Shown here: positions 60,692 to 64,000 of the stretch, piece after piece
How positions within the stretch are numbered: position 1 is the stretch's first letter
How the letters are laid out: every line of letters begins with the position of its first letter
Source: Spirochaetia bacterium
GTDB lineage: Bacteria > Spirochaetota > Spirochaetia > DSM-2461
Assembly: GCA_963668315.1 (NCBI GenBank)
Contig: OY764216.1
Span: forward strand, 736,001 to 800,000
DNA length: 64,000 nucleotides
Direction: 5' to 3'
The notes under the pieces: generated by a model
Databases searched by the model: none
What the model was told of the DNA's origin: nothing
The model's input: the letters and a program-made list of their open reading frames with translations, nothing else
Translations under genes and position numbers: made by a program

Positions 60692-63600
60692 ATGGATGCA
60701 CTACTTTCAATTATAATGCCTGTATATGGAACTGAATGTTTTTTAGAGAAAAGTATCAATAGTGTTATTGGGCAATCATATAAAAACATAGAATTAATAA
60801 TCGTAAATGATAAATCTCCTGGTGATGTTAGAAGTATAATTAAGCCATACCTTGATAACCATAATATCAAGTATATTGAAAATAATAAAAATCTCGGTTT
60901 ATTTCATACAAGGATTGCAGGTATAAAAGAGGCAAGAGGACAATATATATCTTTTCTTGATAGTGATGATTATGTATCAATTGATTATTATAGAGAGTTA
61001 TTAGAAAAAGCAATTAATTCAAATTATGATATTGTTGAATCAAGAATAGTTATGCAGTCTGAAAACGGAGAGAAGTTTATTCAAAATAATAATAACAATC
61101 TCTTTCCTGAATTGATAGGTAAGGATATACAAAAAAAATTCTTTCAACAAGAAGGTTTATTTTTTCATTGGCATGTAATCTGGAATAAAATATATAAAAG
61201 AGAATTGATTGAGCAGTCTTTACCAGTTCTTACTAAGCAGAAAGAACATTTGATTATGACAGAAGATGTTCTCTTTTCTTCGGTTTTTTTTAGTAATGCA
61301 AATTCTTATGCTTCAGTGGACAATGGATGTATTTTTTATTGTTTGCATGGAAATGCTTCTACTGGAAAAAATGCTGATTTTAGTAAGTTCAGCAAAAATC
61401 TTTCAGATATTCAATTGGTGTTTAGTTTTTTGTTAGAACAATTCTGTAATAGTGAATATAAGGGTAATATTAATAATTGGAAAGAACGATATTCACGTAT
61501 TTGGTGTGAACGAATAAAGCATGAAATTAATAAGTGTAGTGATAGAAATAAACTATTATCAAAATATTCGCTTTTTTTATCCGATAATACTCCAGTTAGG
61601 GGCGATGATCTTTATCATCATGCTGTCATTACAGATTGGGATAATCGATATGAACATATTTATGAACTCATTAAAAGGAATGAAGTTGAGTATGTCAGTT
61701 TTGATATATTTGATACTCTTTTAGTGAGAGACTTTTTGGATCCTTCTGATGTATTTGAATTAGTTGATCGTTTCTTTTCAACCATTTGTAGTAAACCTAA
61801 TCTTGTTAAATTTAGTAATATACGTATCGAGGCAGAATCTCTTTGTCGAGCAGAAGAAATTAAGAACAATCCTCTAATCGAAGATATTACTCTTGATGAT
61901 ATATATAATTATATTTTAAGGAATTATGAAATATCAGAAGACATAATTAATAAATTAAAAAAGAAAGAATTAGAAATAGAAAAAAATAACATTAGACAGA
62001 GAAAATCTGCTTTGAATTTGTTTAATGGTATTCAAAGTATGGGTAAAAAAATAATACTAATTTCTGATATGTATTTATCTAAACAATTTATAGCAGATTT
62101 ACTACATAATTCAGGATATGAAAACTGGGAGAAATTATATCTGTCTTCTGATATAAAACTCACAAAACATACTGGAAATTTATTTAAACATGTTTGTGAA
62201 GACTTAAATATTAATCCATACAAAATTTTTCATATTGGTGATAATTGGTTTTCTGACAAAACAAAAGCTACAGAGATGGGACTTCAATCTTATTATTATC
62301 CAAAAATAAGGGATCTATTATCAACAGAACTTAATGGAATTTATTCTGGTAGATTTTTTGATCCATATAATAATATAAATAATAATTCTTCCTGGTTAGA
62401 TAATCACTATGTACAACACAATTTTGGTATGAAGTGTCTAATTGCTAATACAGCAAATTATTTTTATGATAAACCATATAAATCTATTAACTATAATTCT
62501 GATTTTAATGTGGACCCTTTTTTTATAGGTCATTATTCCTTAGGTATAACTACATTATTAATGTGTAGATGGATTAAAAAATACTGTGAGAATAATAATA
62601 AAAAAAGGATTGTTTTTATTGGTAGAGATGGATATTTAATAAAAGAAATATTTGACAAATATAATGAGTCAGAAAACATCAAAACGGGTTATATTTATGC
62701 TTCAAGGAGATCTCTTTTACCAGCGCTTTTCTCAGAAAAAGTTAACATTTATGGTTTATCTGATTTTTTAAATTATCAGGAACATTCGCCGCGTAGTATT
62801 TTAGAATTATTTAATGTAATCACAATTGATAATTTAGATTATAGAGAGCTTAAGAAAGACAAGATAATAATAGATAAAAGATTTGATAGAAAAGAAGGAT
62901 TTCTTTTCTTTATGAAATATTTTTATAATAAATTACTATCAAAGGATAAACTTAGTGAATATAAACTTAATTTAAAAGAATATTTAATTAATAATAATGT
63001 TGATGAAGATGCAATAACATTTGATCTTGGGTATTCAGGAAGAATTCAATCTATTATATGTCATATTTTGGAAAAGCCAATCGATACTCTTTTTATGCAT
63101 ACCAATAATGAAACAAGTTCTATTTTGTCAAAAAGATTTAAGTTTAAAGTTAAATGTTTTTATGATTTTGTACCGCAAATAAGTGGGCTCATTCGGGAAC
63201 AGCTATATTCTGAATCATCTCCTTCGTGTATTGGATATATAAGAAATGCAAATAACAAGGTTATTCCTGTTTTTGAAGATTATACAGAGTTCAACCTTGT
63301 TGATTCACTAAATATTAATAAAATACATTATGGTGCTATTCGTTTCGTTGATTCTTTTCTAAATGATCATAGAGATCTATTAGAGTTATTTAATATTTCA
63401 AATTATGAAGCTTCAATTCCTTTAGAGTATTATATTCATGAAAGCAAAGAAATTGATAGATCATTATTTATTCATTCTATATCAGATGATTTTGTGCATG
63501 CTGGAAGAGCAGATTATAATATTCTTGAATGGTGGAACTGGGAATTGCAAAAAAACAGAGGAGTTATTGGAAATAAAAAATCAGAGTCAGTAAGAATAGC

Positions 63601-63715
63601 AGAACATGAACAGTTATTTGAGAATTATAACATTATTAAGAGAACAATATACTTCATTCTATTTGAACAAAAATTGTTTATTCAAAAATTAAAGAAGAGA
63701 ATTTTGAAAAAGTGA
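60692..63715 (+). CDS. Multidomain GT2 + HAD phosphatase + phosphoribosyltransferase-like protein (probable glycan polymerase adding ribofuranose)
   Basis: GT2 (SIIMPVY, FLDSDD, TED); HAD (SFDIFDTLL, ISDMY, HIGDNWFSD); FIGRDG and FDLGYSGRIQ. Confidence 0.75.
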   Translation: MDALLSIIMPVYGTECFLEKSINSVIGQSYKNIELIIVNDKSPGDVRSIIKPYLDNHNIKYIENNKNLGLFHTRIAGIKEARGQYISFLDSDDYVSIDYYRELLEKAINSNYDIVESRIVMQSENGEKFIQNNNNNLFPELIGKDIQKKFFQQEGLFFHWHVIWNKIYKRELIEQSLPVLTKQKEHLIMTEDVLFSSVFFSNANSYASVDNGCIFYCLHGNASTGKNADFSKFSKNLSDIQLVFSFLLEQFCNSEYKGNINNWKERYSRIWCERIKHEINKCSDRNKLLSKYSLFLSDNTPVRGDDLYHHAVITDWDNRYEHIYELIKRNEVEYVSFDIFDTLLVRDFLDPSDVFELVDRFFSTICSKPNLVKFSNIRIEAESLCRAEEIKNNPLIEDITLDDIYNYILRNYEISEDIINKLKKKELEIEKNNIRQRKSALNLFNGIQSMGKKIILISDMYLSKQFIADLLHNSGYENWEKLYLSSDIKLTKHTGNLFKHVCEDLNINPYKIFHIGDNWFSDKTKATEMGLQSYYYPKIRDLLSTELNGIYSGRFFDPYNNINNNSSWLDNHYVQHNFGMKCLIANTANYFYDKPYKSINYNSDFNVDPFFIGHYSLGITTLLMCRWIKKYCENNNKKRIVFIGRDGYLIKEIFDKYNESENIKTGYIYASRRSLLPALFSEKVNIYGLSDFLNYQEHSPRSILELFNVITIDNLDYRELKKDKIIIDKRFDRKEGFLFFMKYFYNKLLSKDKLSEYKLNLKEYLINNNVDEDAITFDLGYSGRIQSIICHILEKPIDTLFMHTNNETSSILSKRFKFKVKCFYDFVPQISGLIREQLYSESSPSCIGYIRNANNKVIPVFEDYTEFNLVDSLNINKIHYGAIRFVDSFLNDHRDLLELFNISNYEASIPLEYYIHESKEIDRSLFIHSISDDFVHAGRADYNILEWWNWELQKNRGVIGNKKSESVRIAEHEQLFENYNIIKRTIYFILFEQKLFIQKLKKRILKK

Positions 63716-64000
63716 ATTACTACACTCACTATAAAAAATGGCATGATCATACTAATTCTTCATATGTAAAATGGATGAGTTATAAGTATAAAAAATTATT
63801 GAAAAATCATCTACCAGCAGATAAAGATTCAAGAATTCTTGAAGTTGGTTGTGCAAATGGAATTTCTCTATTGGCTTTAAGTGAATTAGGCTACAAGAAT
63901 TTAGATGCAGTAGAAATAAGTAAGGATATGTATAATATTGCATGCCAGTTTTCATCAAAAGTAAAAAATATCGATATTATTGACTATGTAAATACATGTA
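63712..64000 (+). CDS. Class I SAM-dependent methyltransferase, runs off the right edge
   Basis: Not in ORF track; GTG overlapping upstream stop, open to window end; RILEVGCANG motif I, AVEIS. Confidence 0.8.
   Translation, partial: MNYYTHYKKWHDHTNSSYVKWMSYKYKKLLKNHLPADKDSRILEVGCANGISLLALSELGYKNLDAVEISKDMYNIACQFSSKVKNIDIIDYVNTC

Noticed and set aside
63752..63958. 68 aa minus-strand ORF
   Set aside because: Antisense to the plus-strand methyltransferase starting at 63712

Overview
Origin-of-replication region of a bacterial chromosome, most likely a free-living anaerobic spirochaete (inferred from gyrB/gyrA divergent from dnaA, standalone rpsD and spirochaete-style lipoproteins). Core: gyrA-gyrB <> dnaA-[oriC with DnaA boxes and DnaA-trios]-dnaN-recF-dciA-rpmH-rnpA-yidD-yidC-jag, plus two perfect parS sites. 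Left arm: a copper locus (csoR-copA with a fused CopZ-like domain), a TetR-controlled OMP/nitroreductase unit, and a marR-hgcA-hgcB-GNAT(ArsN1-like) mercury-methylation operon in which hgcA carries an internal deletion and frameshift; then rpsD, an ErcA-like Fe-ADH with its sensor kinase, and housekeeping genes. Right arm: coaX-like kinase-pdxS-pdxT, two giant Ig-repeat envelope proteins, ALDH/SDR, two paralogous GT2 genes, a broken SLC13 permease, cysQ-cysD-cysNC and an AT-rich Wzm/Wzt glycan island with a probable GT2-ribofuranosyltransferase and a methyltransferase. No rRNA, tRNA, CRISPR array or transposase was recognised. All family calls are from motif recognition by eye, not database searches.
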